From a virus (Duplodnaviria; Caudoviricetes), in IMG/VR virus record IMGVR_UViG_3300035665_000031, positions 1 through 62,421 of that record: a DNA stretch of 62,421 bases; one strand, given 5' to 3'. The position numbers and the translations under genes were made by a program. Positions 47,595-58,417 of this stretch are shown in pieces. Below the pieces are notes generated by a model. The model had not been told where the DNA came from, ran no database searches, and saw only the letters and a list, made by a program, of their open reading frames with translations. Every line of letters begins with the position of its first letter. The first letter of the stretch is position 1.

Positions 47595-48015
47595 AAATGG
47601 TTTTTATTTTTTCTTTCATTTTAGGATATAATGGTTCTGGGAGTGAATCAAAATCACACCATTTATATTCCAAATTTTCATAGTCTAATTCTAATTTTAA
47701 TTCTGAATTAACAAAACCATGATAATAATAGAAGTATGTATTATCTTTTTCATTAAACTCATCACCAATGTATTCAAATTCTATTTTATCTGGGTCTAAT
47801 TTAGTTTCTTCAACAATTTCACGCTTAAGACCTTTTAATATTGGTTCGCCTTTTTTTATCCCACCAGCAATACAAGACCAAGTTGGTTTTTTATCGTTTC
47901 TAAGTAATAATAAAACTTTATTTGTTTTAGTACAAAGAATTAAAACGCCAGCCGCATGTTTTACTGAATTTACATTTTCTAAGAATAATCTTACTTGCTC
48001 TTTAATTGATTCCAT
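47584..48015 (-). CDS. NUDIX hydrolase
   Basis: GGIKKGEPILKGLKREIVEETK Nudix box. Confidence 0.88.
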   Translation of the reverse strand: MESIKEQVRLFLENVNSVKHAAGVLILCTKTNKVLLLLRNDKKPTWSCIAGGIKKGEPILKGLKREIVEETKLDPDKIEFEYIGDEFNEKDNTYFYYYHGFVNSELKLELDYENLEYKWCDFDSLPEPLYPKMKEKIKTIYGK

Positions 48016-48067
48016 CCCTATAAATATTTATTTTTTATTTCAAAAGGCTATATTTAAAATAAAAATT

Positions 48068-48391
48068 ATGACAACACTATTAATCTTTGCTCTTATTTGT
48101 TATTCAACTTGTAATATACTGATATTTGGTTCTATTTTCGAATGGTTTAGAAACTTATTGAAATTATTAGGAACTGGTGGTTATTCGCTTCATAAATTAT
48201 TTAGTTGCTTCCTATGTTTAGGAACGTGGGTTGGTGGATTGTTTGCCCTATTGATTACTCATTTAAATGTCGCTCACTTATCTCCAATAACCCAAGTTGA
48301 TAACATCTACTTATTTGTTGCTTTAAATGCTATATTAGGTAGTGGTTGTTCGTGGTTGATACATACTATTCAGGAGTGGTTTGAACGTTAA
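48068..48391 (+). CDS. Small membrane protein
   Basis: Hydrophobic, CFLCLGTWVG motif. Confidence 0.7.
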   Translation: MTTLLIFALICYSTCNILIFGSIFEWFRNLLKLLGTGGYSLHKLFSCFLCLGTWVGGLFALLITHLNVAHLSPITQVDNIYLFVALNAILGSGCSWLIHTIQEWFER

Positions 48392-49095
48392 AAACCTTTC
48401 TCTAACATACATTTAGAACAATACTTATCTGGTGGACAATTACATCCACCAGAATTTGACTCAACTGATACTTTTTGTTGAACAATTTTTTTTTGTTTTG
48501 GTTGATGTGGTGGAATCAACTTTGATTTATTTTCCAGGAACTTCTTAGCTCTTTCATCTTCCTCTAATTGTTCAAGCTCTTCTTCGGATAATTTAATTTC
48601 ATTACCTTCATCATCAACATAATGTGTTATTGGTTGTTCTGCGTTTATTTTTACAGTTTCTTCCTTATTTATAATCACAATTTCTGGGGTAGTATCAACA
48701 TGTGTTGTTGGTTCATCTAAATCATATAGTGAATCATTAGGTTTTTCTATATCGAATTTTAAATTTAATAAATCATTATAAGGTAAATTCTTAAATATAG
48801 TTTTTAATTCATCAACTATTTTTTTAAAAAGTTCACCCTTTTTTTCTTTTTCTAAATTTCTATTTATGTTTGATTCAATAAAATCCATTAATTCATCAAC
48901 ACCATGACTTTTTGATTCAGAATAAACCATAAAATAATTGGCTTCATTTTTACCTGGAAGTGCTTTTATTAAAGTTGAATCGATGAATGACCAACCAGAT
49001 GGAAATACAACGTCAATTAGAATTGACCCCTCAATGTAACGTATACCTATAACGTGTGGATGTAATTCATCCAATCTTTTTTGAAAACTAGACAT
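48388..49095 (-). CDS. Hypothetical protein
   Basis: ORF track. Confidence 0.75.
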   Translation of the reverse strand: MSSFQKRLDELHPHVIGIRYIEGSILIDVVFPSGWSFIDSTLIKALPGKNEANYFMVYSESKSHGVDELMDFIESNINRNLEKEKKGELFKKIVDELKTIFKNLPYNDLLNLKFDIEKPNDSLYDLDEPTTHVDTTPEIVIINKEETVKINAEQPITHYVDDEGNEIKLSEEELEQLEEDERAKKFLENKSKLIPPHQPKQKKIVQQKVSVESNSGGCNCPPDKYCSKCMLEKGF

Positions 49096-49099
49096 TTAT

Positions 49100-49282
49100 T
49101 TATTTTATAATATATGTTATAATGTATGATATTGAAGCCCCTAAAATGATTAATTTATCTCTAGATATAATATATTTAGCGTTATCATCAGATAATAATT
49201 TTTGAATGAAGAAATATGAATGTCTAATAACATTCAACATAGCTAAAATGAAAAAAAATAAAATTATTTGTTTATTGCTCAT
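49100..49282 (-). CDS. Small membrane protein
   Basis: Two hydrophobic segments. Confidence 0.6.
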   Translation of the reverse strand: MSNKQIILFFFILAMLNVIRHSYFFIQKLLSDDNAKYIISRDKLIILGASISYIITYIIK

Positions 49283-49502
49283 GGTTATTTTCTATTAATA
49301 TTAAATCACAAAACTTAGTTAAAATTGCTTCATTTTGAGTTATTTTTTTCATTATTTTTTGTATTTTTTTATTCGTTAGTATTACATCATCACAATACTC
49401 TATATGATTCTTTAAATCTTGGGTTAATTTTTCATTTTTGATTTTTATATCAGTAATGAATAACTCTACTAATTTTTTTTTATTTGATTTTGATTCCATC
49501 AC
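49272..49502 (-). CDS. Hypothetical protein
   Basis: ORF track. Confidence 0.6.
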   Translation of the reverse strand: MMESKSNKKKLVELFITDIKIKNEKLTQDLKNHIEYCDDVILTNKKIQKIMKKITQNEAILTKFCDLILIENNHEQ

Positions 49503-49932
49503 AAAACATTTTATATACTTTTATAAACTCATCGAAATCCTCTGGACTTTTTAATTGGTTATAGTTTAGTATGTGTGACCATAATTTTTTAATTGAACCA
49601 TATATGTATTGATTTTCCTCTTTTGCGGAAAGAACATAAAAAGTTCTAATGATAAAATTTAAAAGATGTTCATATAAGTCTAAATTTTCAAACTCAATAC
49701 CTTCTTCTCTAAAATTATCATTATTTTTATCCCAACACCACTTGAAGTGTTTTAACCTATTGATGTTTGATGTTGATTCATCACCCAAATAGGTGTCGAA
49801 TATTAAACAAAATAATGATTGAACATAATCACTAAGTAATTCTGTTAAATCATATCTAACATGATTAGCATTGTATAATATAACCATATTTTCAGCGGTT
49901 AAAGGTTTATTGATATGGGTTAACATAGTCAC
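49480..49932 (-). CDS. Hypothetical protein
   Basis: ORF track. Confidence 0.7.
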   Translation of the reverse strand: MTMLTHINKPLTAENMVILYNANHVRYDLTELLSDYVQSLFCLIFDTYLGDESTSNINRLKHFKWCWDKNNDNFREEGIEFENLDLYEHLLNFIIRTFYVLSAKEENQYIYGSIKKLWSHILNYNQLKSPEDFDEFIKVYKMFCDGIKIK

Positions 49933-49969
49933 GATACAATTATAATCTTATTTAACTAAATAGTCAATA

Positions 49970-50662
49970 TCATAATGACTTTAACATAGAAATTAAATTT
50001 GGTTGTGGTGATACGTCTGATTTATCTTTCCTATATGATGTATGCGACCAAATACCACTCTTACCTGAAATTGCGCTAAAATTATATTCAAAACCACCAC
50101 CATTAGGTTTGTTTATAACTTCAAATAACCCACTTTTTAAATTGATATTGTGTTTATTTGATAAATCGATTAACAATTCTTTTAATGATTGGATTTGATT
50201 ATCGGTATATTTGTGATAATATCTACTACCCCTAAATTCAAAACCTAAATCACATACCTGAGATTCATCTATTATTGAATTTACATAAGTTAAATACCTT
50301 CCATCTTTAGTTTTAGTTATTGGTCCATAATTACAAATTTCGATACCAATACTTGATGAATTTAAAAAAGTGTTGTTTGCGTTTTTTGTTCCCAAATGAT
50401 GCGCCCAATAGATATCATCAAATGTTTGATATATTTTACCATCCATATTATCAGTATCTAAACCAGTTTTATTTAATCCACCAATAACATAACCTGTGGC
50501 AACTCTAAGACGTTCTTTTTTAGATGTTCTATCTTTATTCCAACCATCTATTGTCCAATCTGCTCTATGTGAACCACTAGTGTGGTGTAACACCAATATT
50601 TTTTTAGGTGTGTTTTGTTGGTAATATTCACCAACTTCTAAATTTTTTTTGATTATCTTCAT
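49970..50662 (-). CDS. N-acetylmuramoyl-L-alanine amidase (Amidase_2), candidate endolysin
   Basis: VLHHT, WAHHLG, SIGIEI, WSHTSYRKDKSDVSP. Confidence 0.85.
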   Translation of the reverse strand: MKIIKKNLEVGEYYQQNTPKKILVLHHTSGSHRADWTIDGWNKDRTSKKERLRVATGYVIGGLNKTGLDTDNMDGKIYQTFDDIYWAHHLGTKNANNTFLNSSSIGIEICNYGPITKTKDGRYLTYVNSIIDESQVCDLGFEFRGSRYYHKYTDNQIQSLKELLIDLSNKHNINLKSGLFEVINKPNGGGFEYNFSAISGKSGIWSHTSYRKDKSDVSPQPNLISMLKSL

Positions 50663-50714
50663 ATCATTATAAATATAAAAAAAACCTTAAGTGTTTAGCT
50701 TAAGGTTTTTAATT

Positions 50715-52832
50715 TTATTTTTTAGGTTTAATATTTTTTACCGCATCATCCGTTTTAATTGGATGTTCATTACCATATTCATCCAATTCTTCTGGTTCCA
50801 TATCTGGTTCCATAGTTTCTTGGTCTTCCATAAATCTAGCTAACGCTTTAACTGCACCAAATTTCTTGGCCATTTCAACATATTTATCATCTATTTCAAT
50901 TGGTGAACCACCTTTCTTTAATAAGAAATGTTTACCAGTTGACTTAGATACAACTAATTTAACCTCACTAGAAACTGGTACTTTGGGTGATGAATCATCA
51001 TCGTCATCAGAAGAGTCCATTGGAACTTCTGGTTCTGGTGTTGGAGTTGCGTCATCGTCAGATGGTGTTGTATCATCATCTGATTCATCACTTATTCTAT
51101 CCATTGAATCCGTTTCATCATCGTCATCTTCTTCCCCACCCATTTCATCATTTTCTTTCAAATGAACATGTTTTTTTGCTTCAGGGGCTTGATTGATACC
51201 TGATTTCTTTAAATCATCTTTTTTAGGTTCTGGTGCTGTACCATCTTTTTTCTGAGAAACAGTACCTTCAACATGTTCAGTTGCTTCTGGTGCTACAGAA
51301 ACAGCGTCATCTAATCCTTCTAATGAAGTTGTTTTAGGTTTAGGTGCTGTACCATCTTTTTTCTGAGAAACACTTCCAGTAACTTCTTTTTTAGCTTCTG
51401 GGGCTTGTTTAATACCAGCTTTATCAAATTCACCAACCTTTGACGGTTTTGTTCCTTCAATATCATCTGATTCATTAATTATTGATTTTGATTTGTTCAA
51501 AATTTTATTGAACATTTTTTCCTCATCCAATCTTGATTTACCTTTAAGATTTCCAATAGTCTTTTCTGACTTATAATTAAATAAATCTTTCATTCTTTGC
51601 AAATCTTCATTGATTTCAGTTTTGTTTGATGCTAGTAATACTACCGCTTTTCCTTCGTTAAGTGTTCCCTCCCAACGTAGTCTATAGTTTTCATTACCAT
51701 CGGTCATTTCAAATTCTTTATTATCTACTTTGTAGTTTTCAGGAATTAATTTGATTGCATTTCTCAAGCCACCAAATTCATTTTTGAATTTAAGTCTTTT
51801 CATTGATTCTTTTGTTTGTTTTTTATCATTGTTTTTATTTTCATTTACTCCGAATTCCACGCTTCTAGAATCCTTCTCATAATCTTTATTGAAATCTTCA
51901 TCACCTGGTTGTGTTGATTCTGGTTTTGATTTTTTACGTACTGAATCACTATAATCTTTATCCATCTTAGATGTGTTATTAACATAACCAGCTGTACCTT
52001 TTGATGAGGTTACACCACCCATTTGAGGTGAATTAAAAATATTTTCAGAAACATCATTTTTATCCCAACAATTTAAGTCATTTTGATTTATATTGTTATT
52101 AGTCAAATACTTCTTATTCACTATCTTAACATCTGGTGTGTTATAACCCATATCTCTTAAATCAGATAAAAAATAATCAGATTTAAATTGTGATAAGTCT
52201 TCTTTATCAATTCCTTTGTAATCCCAACCAGTAATAATCTTGTTATTACCTTTATTTATTGCAAAATGAGTGTAGTTACCAGCAGCAACAGCTTCATTCA
52301 AACCAGTTGGTTTACCTTTTGTTTTTTTACCAATTGGTGATAATAATTCAACATCATCACCCATTTGCAATCTAGGGATTCTATTCACATCATCAATATC
52401 AGCACCCTTCTTTATTGTTTTAACTTTATCTTTTCCAAAATTATCTGATGATGCACCAAAAGTCGCTTCGGCATTGCCACCCTTCTCATTGCCCATTATT
52501 GATGAACCTTCGATAGCTTGTTTAACTCTGTCTTTGAATCTTTTTGGTGGGTCTATATCATATCTAATTTTTTCTTGACCGTTTCCGATTTCAACTTCAT
52601 CATGAAAATCCTTCTCAGCTGAGTTATTATAATTAAACATATTATCTTTAACTTCATCTTTACCTTTAGATTTGGTATCAAATGATTTAACATCCTTTTC
52701 CACAGCTTTAACACCATCTTTATTTATTTTGGTTTCTTGTTTCTTGATTTTATTCAAGATATCAATACCAGGTGTTGACACTTCGTTTACGAATGTATCC
52801 TTAAGATATTTTGTTATTAATTTTTTATCCAT
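50715..52832 (-). CDS. Large charged protein with internal repeats, possible head/scaffold protein
   Basis: Repeated VSQKKDGTAP and QAPEAKK, acidic tail, several (V/L/I)NE motifs. Confidence 0.6.
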   Translation of the reverse strand: MDKKLITKYLKDTFVNEVSTPGIDILNKIKKQETKINKDGVKAVEKDVKSFDTKSKGKDEVKDNMFNYNNSAEKDFHDEVEIGNGQEKIRYDIDPPKRFKDRVKQAIEGSSIMGNEKGGNAEATFGASSDNFGKDKVKTIKKGADIDDVNRIPRLQMGDDVELLSPIGKKTKGKPTGLNEAVAAGNYTHFAINKGNNKIITGWDYKGIDKEDLSQFKSDYFLSDLRDMGYNTPDVKIVNKKYLTNNNINQNDLNCWDKNDVSENIFNSPQMGGVTSSKGTAGYVNNTSKMDKDYSDSVRKKSKPESTQPGDEDFNKDYEKDSRSVEFGVNENKNNDKKQTKESMKRLKFKNEFGGLRNAIKLIPENYKVDNKEFEMTDGNENYRLRWEGTLNEGKAVVLLASNKTEINEDLQRMKDLFNYKSEKTIGNLKGKSRLDEEKMFNKILNKSKSIINESDDIEGTKPSKVGEFDKAGIKQAPEAKKEVTGSVSQKKDGTAPKPKTTSLEGLDDAVSVAPEATEHVEGTVSQKKDGTAPEPKKDDLKKSGINQAPEAKKHVHLKENDEMGGEEDDDDETDSMDRISDESDDDTTPSDDDATPTPEPEVPMDSSDDDDDSSPKVPVSSEVKLVVSKSTGKHFLLKKGGSPIEIDDKYVEMAKKFGAVKALARFMEDQETMEPDMEPEELDEYGNEHPIKTDDAVKNIKPKK

Positions 52833-53035
52833 TTCTATGGTTTATAATGTCTTTTTGTGTGACATACACACTTAAATTTATTATTTGTTTTCTTATTTTA
52901 TTTATCACTGTTAAGTCTTTATCTTCTTTGTTCAATTCAGATTCTAACTCCATTTTTAACTTAACAATCTTATCTAAAATAGTCATTTTATCATAAATAT
53001 ATAGTTAAATATGTAAAGATTAGTTTATTTGAATT

Positions 53036-54430
53036 TTAACCTACTATTTTCTTTATTTCTTCAATAGATTTACCAGTTCTTTTGACTAATGTTTCATATA
53101 TTGAATTTTTGGAAATAATTGAATTTTTTGATTGTTTTGTTTTTACAACATTATCAATAGCACCAGTACTACAACCTCCATTTTGTGCTGATTTATTATT
53201 GTTTAAAGATGTACAATCGTCCATTTCAATAAATTCACCTTTTGGGTATTGTGTTGAATTAAAAGCTTTAATTTTGGGTTGTTTTTTAAACGAACCATCC
53301 CTTGATATTCCAGGTAAAGCATTTGCGTCATATTGTCCAGATGTTGCAATTCCTTGTTCAACAATTTCTAATGGTTTTTTATTTAATCCCATTGGTGGGC
53401 TAAATGGACCACTTGAACCACCAGATGATGAGGCACCAGCAACTGTAGTTTCTTTTACATCTGTTTCTGTTTTTCTTCTATCTAATTCTTGTTGTCTTTT
53501 TGCGTTTATATTACTTTGTAACTCAGCCTTTGTAAACTTATTAGTTGGTTTTGTTTCAATTTGATTCTTGATTGATTCTTTTGAGTTTGCTGTAGTAATA
53601 TTCTCCATCATTGGATTCAATACATTTGTGATTGATTTACTCTCACTATACATATTTCTAAGATATTGGTTTAGTTCTGGGTCAATCTTAACCAAATCTT
53701 TATTTTGTTCAAAATCATTTAGACCAACACCACCAGAAAGACTAGGTAAATTTTCATTAACGTAATAATCTATCATTTGTGCATCTATTTTTGTGTTTTC
53801 TGGTGTCCCATAATCTAACTCACCATCTAAATCTTTACCTATAGTTGTTTTTACTTGTGATTTTAAATCATTAATTAAATCTAAAAAATAAAATACAAAT
53901 TTATCACCAGATGGTGTTTTTAATATTGCTATTTCATTATTAAACGCTATCGTTTTAAATTGATTTGATTTAGTTGTTGGTCTTCTTAATTCTGGTTCAT
54001 CAATATTCCAAGGTTCATTACCTGACTCATCCAATTCATTTTTGGTTATACTTTTAGGTTTTGTTTTATATGAACCTAAGTGTTCTGCCACCGCTTCTAA
54101 CGCATCTTCTGGTTTAGGGAACAACATTCCTTTGAATTTTCTGGTTAGAACATATGAATTTTTATCTTTCAATATCAAACCTTTATCTAACATATCAGTC
54201 ATGGCCTGTTCATATGAAATACCATTTTTACCCCAAAATTCATATGTTTTTATTGCTTCTGGGTTATTATATAAATCACTAACAAACATCTTAGTAAATG
54301 ATGTCATATCTTCAACTGAATGGTTTTCGAATAGTCTATTAAATTGTTCTTTGGTTATATTAACCTTTTTCCTATTCAATAATCCGTGAATTTTCTTGGC
54401 TTGTTTCTCTGTTATTATAATTCTTTTCAT
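53036..54430 (-). CDS. Hypothetical protein, possible virion component
   Basis: MKRIIITEKQ N-terminus; clustered with similar proteins. Confidence 0.6.
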   Translation of the reverse strand: MKRIIITEKQAKKIHGLLNRKKVNITKEQFNRLFENHSVEDMTSFTKMFVSDLYNNPEAIKTYEFWGKNGISYEQAMTDMLDKGLILKDKNSYVLTRKFKGMLFPKPEDALEAVAEHLGSYKTKPKSITKNELDESGNEPWNIDEPELRRPTTKSNQFKTIAFNNEIAILKTPSGDKFVFYFLDLINDLKSQVKTTIGKDLDGELDYGTPENTKIDAQMIDYYVNENLPSLSGGVGLNDFEQNKDLVKIDPELNQYLRNMYSESKSITNVLNPMMENITTANSKESIKNQIETKPTNKFTKAELQSNINAKRQQELDRRKTETDVKETTVAGASSSGGSSGPFSPPMGLNKKPLEIVEQGIATSGQYDANALPGISRDGSFKKQPKIKAFNSTQYPKGEFIEMDDCTSLNNNKSAQNGGCSTGAIDNVVKTKQSKNSIISKNSIYETLVKRTGKSIEEIKKIVG

Positions 54431-54432
54431 TA

Positions 54433-54678
54433 TTATGAATTTTTATTTGATAAATTATCTCTCCAAAAACTTCTTTTAACCCACAATGATTTATACAATT
54501 GAGTTAATACATTTTTAGATATTTCAACCATCTTGTCTTCCAGTTCTTTATTATTCTTAAGCTTTTCCTTAACTATTTTTTCAATCTTATTAGTAAACTC
54601 AGCAGAGTCAATGTAGACTTTAATATCTTTTTTTATGTCTGATTTTGTAATATCTTCTTTAACTAATCTTATTGCCAT
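54433..54678 (-). CDS. Hypothetical protein
   Basis: ORF track, ATG start chosen. Confidence 0.7.
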   Translation of the reverse strand: MAIRLVKEDITKSDIKKDIKVYIDSAEFTNKIEKIVKEKLKNNKELEDKMVEISKNVLTQLYKSLWVKRSFWRDNLSNKNS

Positions 54679-54741
54679 AGAGTTTTTATTTATAAATACA
54701 CGTAAAAATAGGAAACCCACAAAATATTTTGTGGGTTTCTT

Positions 54742-55206
54742 TTAATTTTCTAGCAAAATTGTTATTGTTAGTGGGATTACTATCATCCCTACAAAAAAAA
54801 TACTTTTTAATAGTTTTTGTTTCCTTATTTCTCGTTTTAAAGCTTTGTTTTCCTCAACACGTTTATTATCAATAACCAGGTTATTATTATTTATTTTATT
54901 TAGGTTAGTTATCTCAATATCTTTGTTTGTAATTAATTTGGATAATGAATCAACTTTTGATTTGTATAAATAAATCCTGTCATCGTTTATTGAATCTTTA
55001 TATTCGCAAGCAACCAACAAGGAATCCGTTATTTTATACTTTAATAAGTCAGATAATATCTTTCGACCATCACTTAATGGAATTACTAAGAATGTGTCAT
55101 TTTTTATAACAATAACTTTTACATTATCATTATTTTTGTAAATATTTGTCGAATTCGCTGGCGACATCATTAGCACCAAGGCTATTAACGTTAATATCAA
55201 TTTCAT
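54742..55206 (-). CDS. Secreted coiled-coil protein, spanin-like partner
   Basis: Signal peptide, coiled coil, C-terminal TM; overlaps 55130..55471. Confidence 0.5.
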   Translation of the reverse strand: MKLILTLIALVLMMSPANSTNIYKNNDNVKVIVIKNDTFLVIPLSDGRKILSDLLKYKITDSLLVACEYKDSINDDRIYLYKSKVDSLSKLITNKDIEITNLNKINNNNLVIDNKRVEENKALKREIRKQKLLKSIFFVGMIVIPLTITILLEN

Positions 55207-55471
55207 TTAATCTATTTTTAAGTTTTTTTATTCTTGTGTCAGCAATTGATATTAGTGAATCCTTTGCTTTGATATCAGCATCTAATTTTTTAATACTTTT
55301 AATTATTTCAAAATTAGCTTTATTTAAGCTATCATTTTTATTTTCAAGGGTTTGGTTGATTTTTTTGATGTCGTTTATGGTTGAATCTCTTTTATTTATT
55401 CTTCTATTATTAATAAAAAAAAGAATCAAACATAGAGACGCTAAGCCAATTATTAAATAATTTTTATTCAT
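55130..55471 (-). CDS. N-anchored coiled-coil protein, spanin-like
   Basis: N-terminal TM then coiled coil. Confidence 0.5.
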   Translation of the reverse strand: MNKNYLIIGLASLCLILFFINNRRINKRDSTINDIKKINQTLENKNDSLNKANFEIIKSIKKLDADIKAKDSLISIADTRIKKLKNRLNEIDINVNSLGANDVASEFDKYLQK

Positions 55472-55901
55472 TTGATGTTGGTTTGTATTCAGTATTTAAT
55501 TTTTTAGCCCACTCTCTAACCCAGTTTTCATAGTAACCATTTAACTTACGAAGAATTTCATTAATTTCACCAGTTAAATCAATATCACTCATTGATGTCA
55601 TCACTTTACCAGCCTGGAATGACATTCTAAAGTTAATACCACCATTATCATCATTAGTTTTTAATAAGATACCATCAAATTCGACATTTCTATCATTTGG
55701 ATAAATCTTAAATTTTGTTACCTCAACTCTTGGGTCAACAGTATCCATGAATTTATTAACCTCATCCTTATAAACTGGGTCATTTGGTGATGGTGATATT
55801 GTATCGGTTCTATTATCTTCTTCATTTAATAATTTTTTATAACCATGCTTAAAAATGTCCATCATTTTCTTAGTCATGTCATGTTCGTTTAATTTTTCCA
55901 T
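55464..55901 (-). CDS. Hypothetical protein
   Basis: ORF track. Confidence 0.75.
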   Translation of the reverse strand: MEKLNEHDMTKKMMDIFKHGYKKLLNEEDNRTDTISPSPNDPVYKDEVNKFMDTVDPRVEVTKFKIYPNDRNVEFDGILLKTNDDNGGINFRMSFQAGKVMTSMSDIDLTGEINEILRKLNGYYENWVREWAKKLNTEYKPTSNE

Positions 55902-56509
55902 TTGTTTGTAAGTAATTCTTTAAATTTTAAAAATTCCCATGCTGGTGAAATATCAGTGTATGGATGACTTATGTTTGAGCGATATAACACACCAGAGTAA
56001 TCATCTAATTCTGATATAGTTAAATTATCATTAGGTATTTTTTTATCAATTCCCAATTTATTAATTAAATAATCAACCAAATCAACGCATGATTTAAGTT
56101 GTTTATCATTAAATTTAGCCCAAGTTGTGTTCCCTCTCCAAAGTTTTTCAATAACACCAAGGTCTTTATTATAAATACTACCGTTTATTGTAATATATCT
56201 ATCATTATCATAATCATTTATTAACCAACCATAATTCTCAATAATAATTATAACACTTTCCTCATCTAATATTAAATTACCCATAAAATTAGACCGATAA
56301 TTTTCATCAAAATGTTTGTAGATTGTTCCATCGGTAGCTATAGTGAAATGTGCGGTTTTTTTATTATTACCGTTAAATCGTTTAGTCCACCCAATAAAGT
56401 GTTTCATTCCAGAATTATATGATGATGCTAATATAATCTTACTTTTAGGGTAAAAAACCTGAAAATAATTATCATTATCTAATTTATATGAATTTTCATC
56501 TATTTTCAT
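55889..56509 (-). CDS. Amidase_2-fold paralog lacking Zn ligands
   Basis: Aligns by eye with 49970..50662 but HHT is ASS and WSH is LYR. Confidence 0.7.
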   Translation of the reverse strand: MKIDENSYKLDNDNYFQVFYPKSKIILASSYNSGMKHFIGWTKRFNGNNKKTAHFTIATDGTIYKHFDENYRSNFMGNLILDEESVIIIIENYGWLINDYDNDRYITINGSIYNKDLGVIEKLWRGNTTWAKFNDKQLKSCVDLVDYLINKLGIDKKIPNDNLTISELDDYSGVLYRSNISHPYTDISPAWEFLKFKELLTNKWKN

Positions 56510-57495
56510 TTATTAATTCGTTGAATTACATTAGTGCCACTATTTTTCTTTTCCCTAATATCCGTTAATTTAATTTTTTTTGGTTCTTCTATTTGTGATG
56601 GTTCCACTATATTATCTTCATTAACTGGTGTATTATGTTGAATAATTGGGTCTGGATTGATTAACGTATTATCCACATCATTACCATTGATAGTTACAAT
56701 ATTTGATTTATTTTTTTCTTCTGATATAATCTTATTATAAGCCAAAATCATCGCAATAGCTAATGGGTCAAATACAAAAATCAATAACAATATGAACCAA
56801 TTTACAACAACACCCATTGGTTTACCAGTTAGTTCTGATAAATACTTTAACGGTCCTATCTCTGAAGCAACAGAACTATTCATATTCAATTCCATTATTT
56901 TTAAATCATACTTACCAATGGAATCATTTGTTGCTATTATATCATTATTCAATTTATCTATATCATTATTTAATGTTTGGATTTCTGATGATGCTTTATC
57001 GATATCTAACCTACTTTTATCTCTACCACTATTTGTCTTTGCTGAATCTAATCTAGTTTCTTGTCTTAAACGAATATCCGATAAACCATTTACCCTACTA
57101 GTTTTTGTTTCTATTAATTCTGACGCAATTTTATTTTTGTTTACAAATAATTGTTTTTTTGACTCCAATAATCCTATTGAATTATTATGAATTTCATATT
57201 TATTGGCTGTATTTTGGTAAGCACTTGATAAAAAACCATAAATACCACCAGATGTAATACACATTAATATGAAAACACCCAATGATAAATAAAATCTTAA
57301 TATCTTAGATAAAGTTCCCCAATAATTATGTAAAAGGGTTGTCACAATAAGTTTAGCTATTTCTAATATTGAGGCCATTATTATTACAGATAATGCAGCC
57401 CCAGCAAATAGTTGGCTTAAACCAAAAATAGAAAAATAAGCTGAAGTTAAAGCAACAGCTAATGATATTATTAATAGTAATTTAGAAAATCGCAT
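56506..57495 (-). CDS. Membrane protein with coiled coil
   Basis: Three N-terminal TMs, EIGPLKYL, FVFDPLA. Confidence 0.75.
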   Translation of the reverse strand: MRFSKLLLIISLAVALTSAYFSIFGLSQLFAGAALSVIIMASILEIAKLIVTTLLHNYWGTLSKILRFYLSLGVFILMCITSGGIYGFLSSAYQNTANKYEIHNNSIGLLESKKQLFVNKNKIASELIETKTSRVNGLSDIRLRQETRLDSAKTNSGRDKSRLDIDKASSEIQTLNNDIDKLNNDIIATNDSIGKYDLKIMELNMNSSVASEIGPLKYLSELTGKPMGVVVNWFILLLIFVFDPLAIAMILAYNKIISEEKNKSNIVTINGNDVDNTLINPDPIIQHNTPVNEDNIVEPSQIEEPKKIKLTDIREKKNSGTNVIQRINK

Positions 57496-57497
57496 AA

Positions 57498-58340
57498 TTA
57501 TTCGTTTAAAACCATAAATAGTTCGTTGGAGTTATGTTTTAATTTCCTTAACGTTTTATTTTTTATTTGACGTACTCTTTCTTTGGTTAATTGAAATTTA
57601 TCACCAATAGCTTCTAATGTCATTGGTTCACAATCAGAATCCAATCCGAAATATGCTTTTATTATATCGGATTCTCTAATTGGTAATTCAGATAACAAAT
57701 CATTTAATGTTGTTTTTACTTTATCAGTAACATTATAATGTGATTCCTCCACAATATCATTCTGAATAAATTCACCCAATTCTTCACCTGTTTCACCTAT
57801 AACTTCATTTAATGATTTACAATAACTAAATTCTGGTAAATTCATTGATTTGTGAAGTTTTATAGAGTCTGAAGTTATTAATTCATTATATGATGGTTCT
57901 CGGCCATTTGATAACTCAAATGTATTTATTTCTTTCTTTAAATCAGTTAATTTCTGCATCATACTAATAGGTAACCTAATAGTCCTAGAATGCTCACTCA
58001 AAGCCTTTAAAATTGAACTTCTTATCCAAAAAACAGCATATGTTATAAATTTGATGTTCATATCTAAATCAAATTTATCTACCGCTGTAATCAGTCCAAT
58101 ATTACCCTCATTTATTAAATCACTTATAGGTAACCCAGCACCTTGGTATTGTTTGGCTATGCTAACTACAAATTTTAAATTACATTCAATTATTTTAGTC
58201 TTAGATGATTCTGACCCATCTTTTATTTTTTTAAAAAGTTCTCTTTCTTCTTTTAAAGACAGAATTTTAGAATTTTTAATTTCTGAAAAGTATTTCCCAA
58301 TATTATCATTGTGATTTACATTTAAAAAGCGTTTGTTCAT
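57498..58340 (-). CDS. Sigma70-family RNA polymerase sigma factor
   Basis: NLKFVVSIAKQY, DLINEGNIGL, KFITYAVFWIR, TLEAIG...TKERVRQI. Confidence 0.93.
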   Translation of the reverse strand: MNKRFLNVNHNDNIGKYFSEIKNSKILSLKEERELFKKIKDGSESSKTKIIECNLKFVVSIAKQYQGAGLPISDLINEGNIGLITAVDKFDLDMNIKFITYAVFWIRSSILKALSEHSRTIRLPISMMQKLTDLKKEINTFELSNGREPSYNELITSDSIKLHKSMNLPEFSYCKSLNEVIGETGEELGEFIQNDIVEESHYNVTDKVKTTLNDLLSELPIRESDIIKAYFGLDSDCEPMTLEAIGDKFQLTKERVRQIKNKTLRKLKHNSNELFMVLNE

Positions 58341-58417
58341 TCATGTTTATGTTTTTTTTATGTTATGTTTATGTATTATTAATAAATACATCTTTAACTA
58401 ATCAATTTCTATTGTTT

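Noticed and set aside
51231-51371. About 29-bp direct repeat as a mobile or DGR element
   Set aside because: In-frame protein repeat (VSQKKDGTAP); no reverse transcriptase or adenine-specific variation
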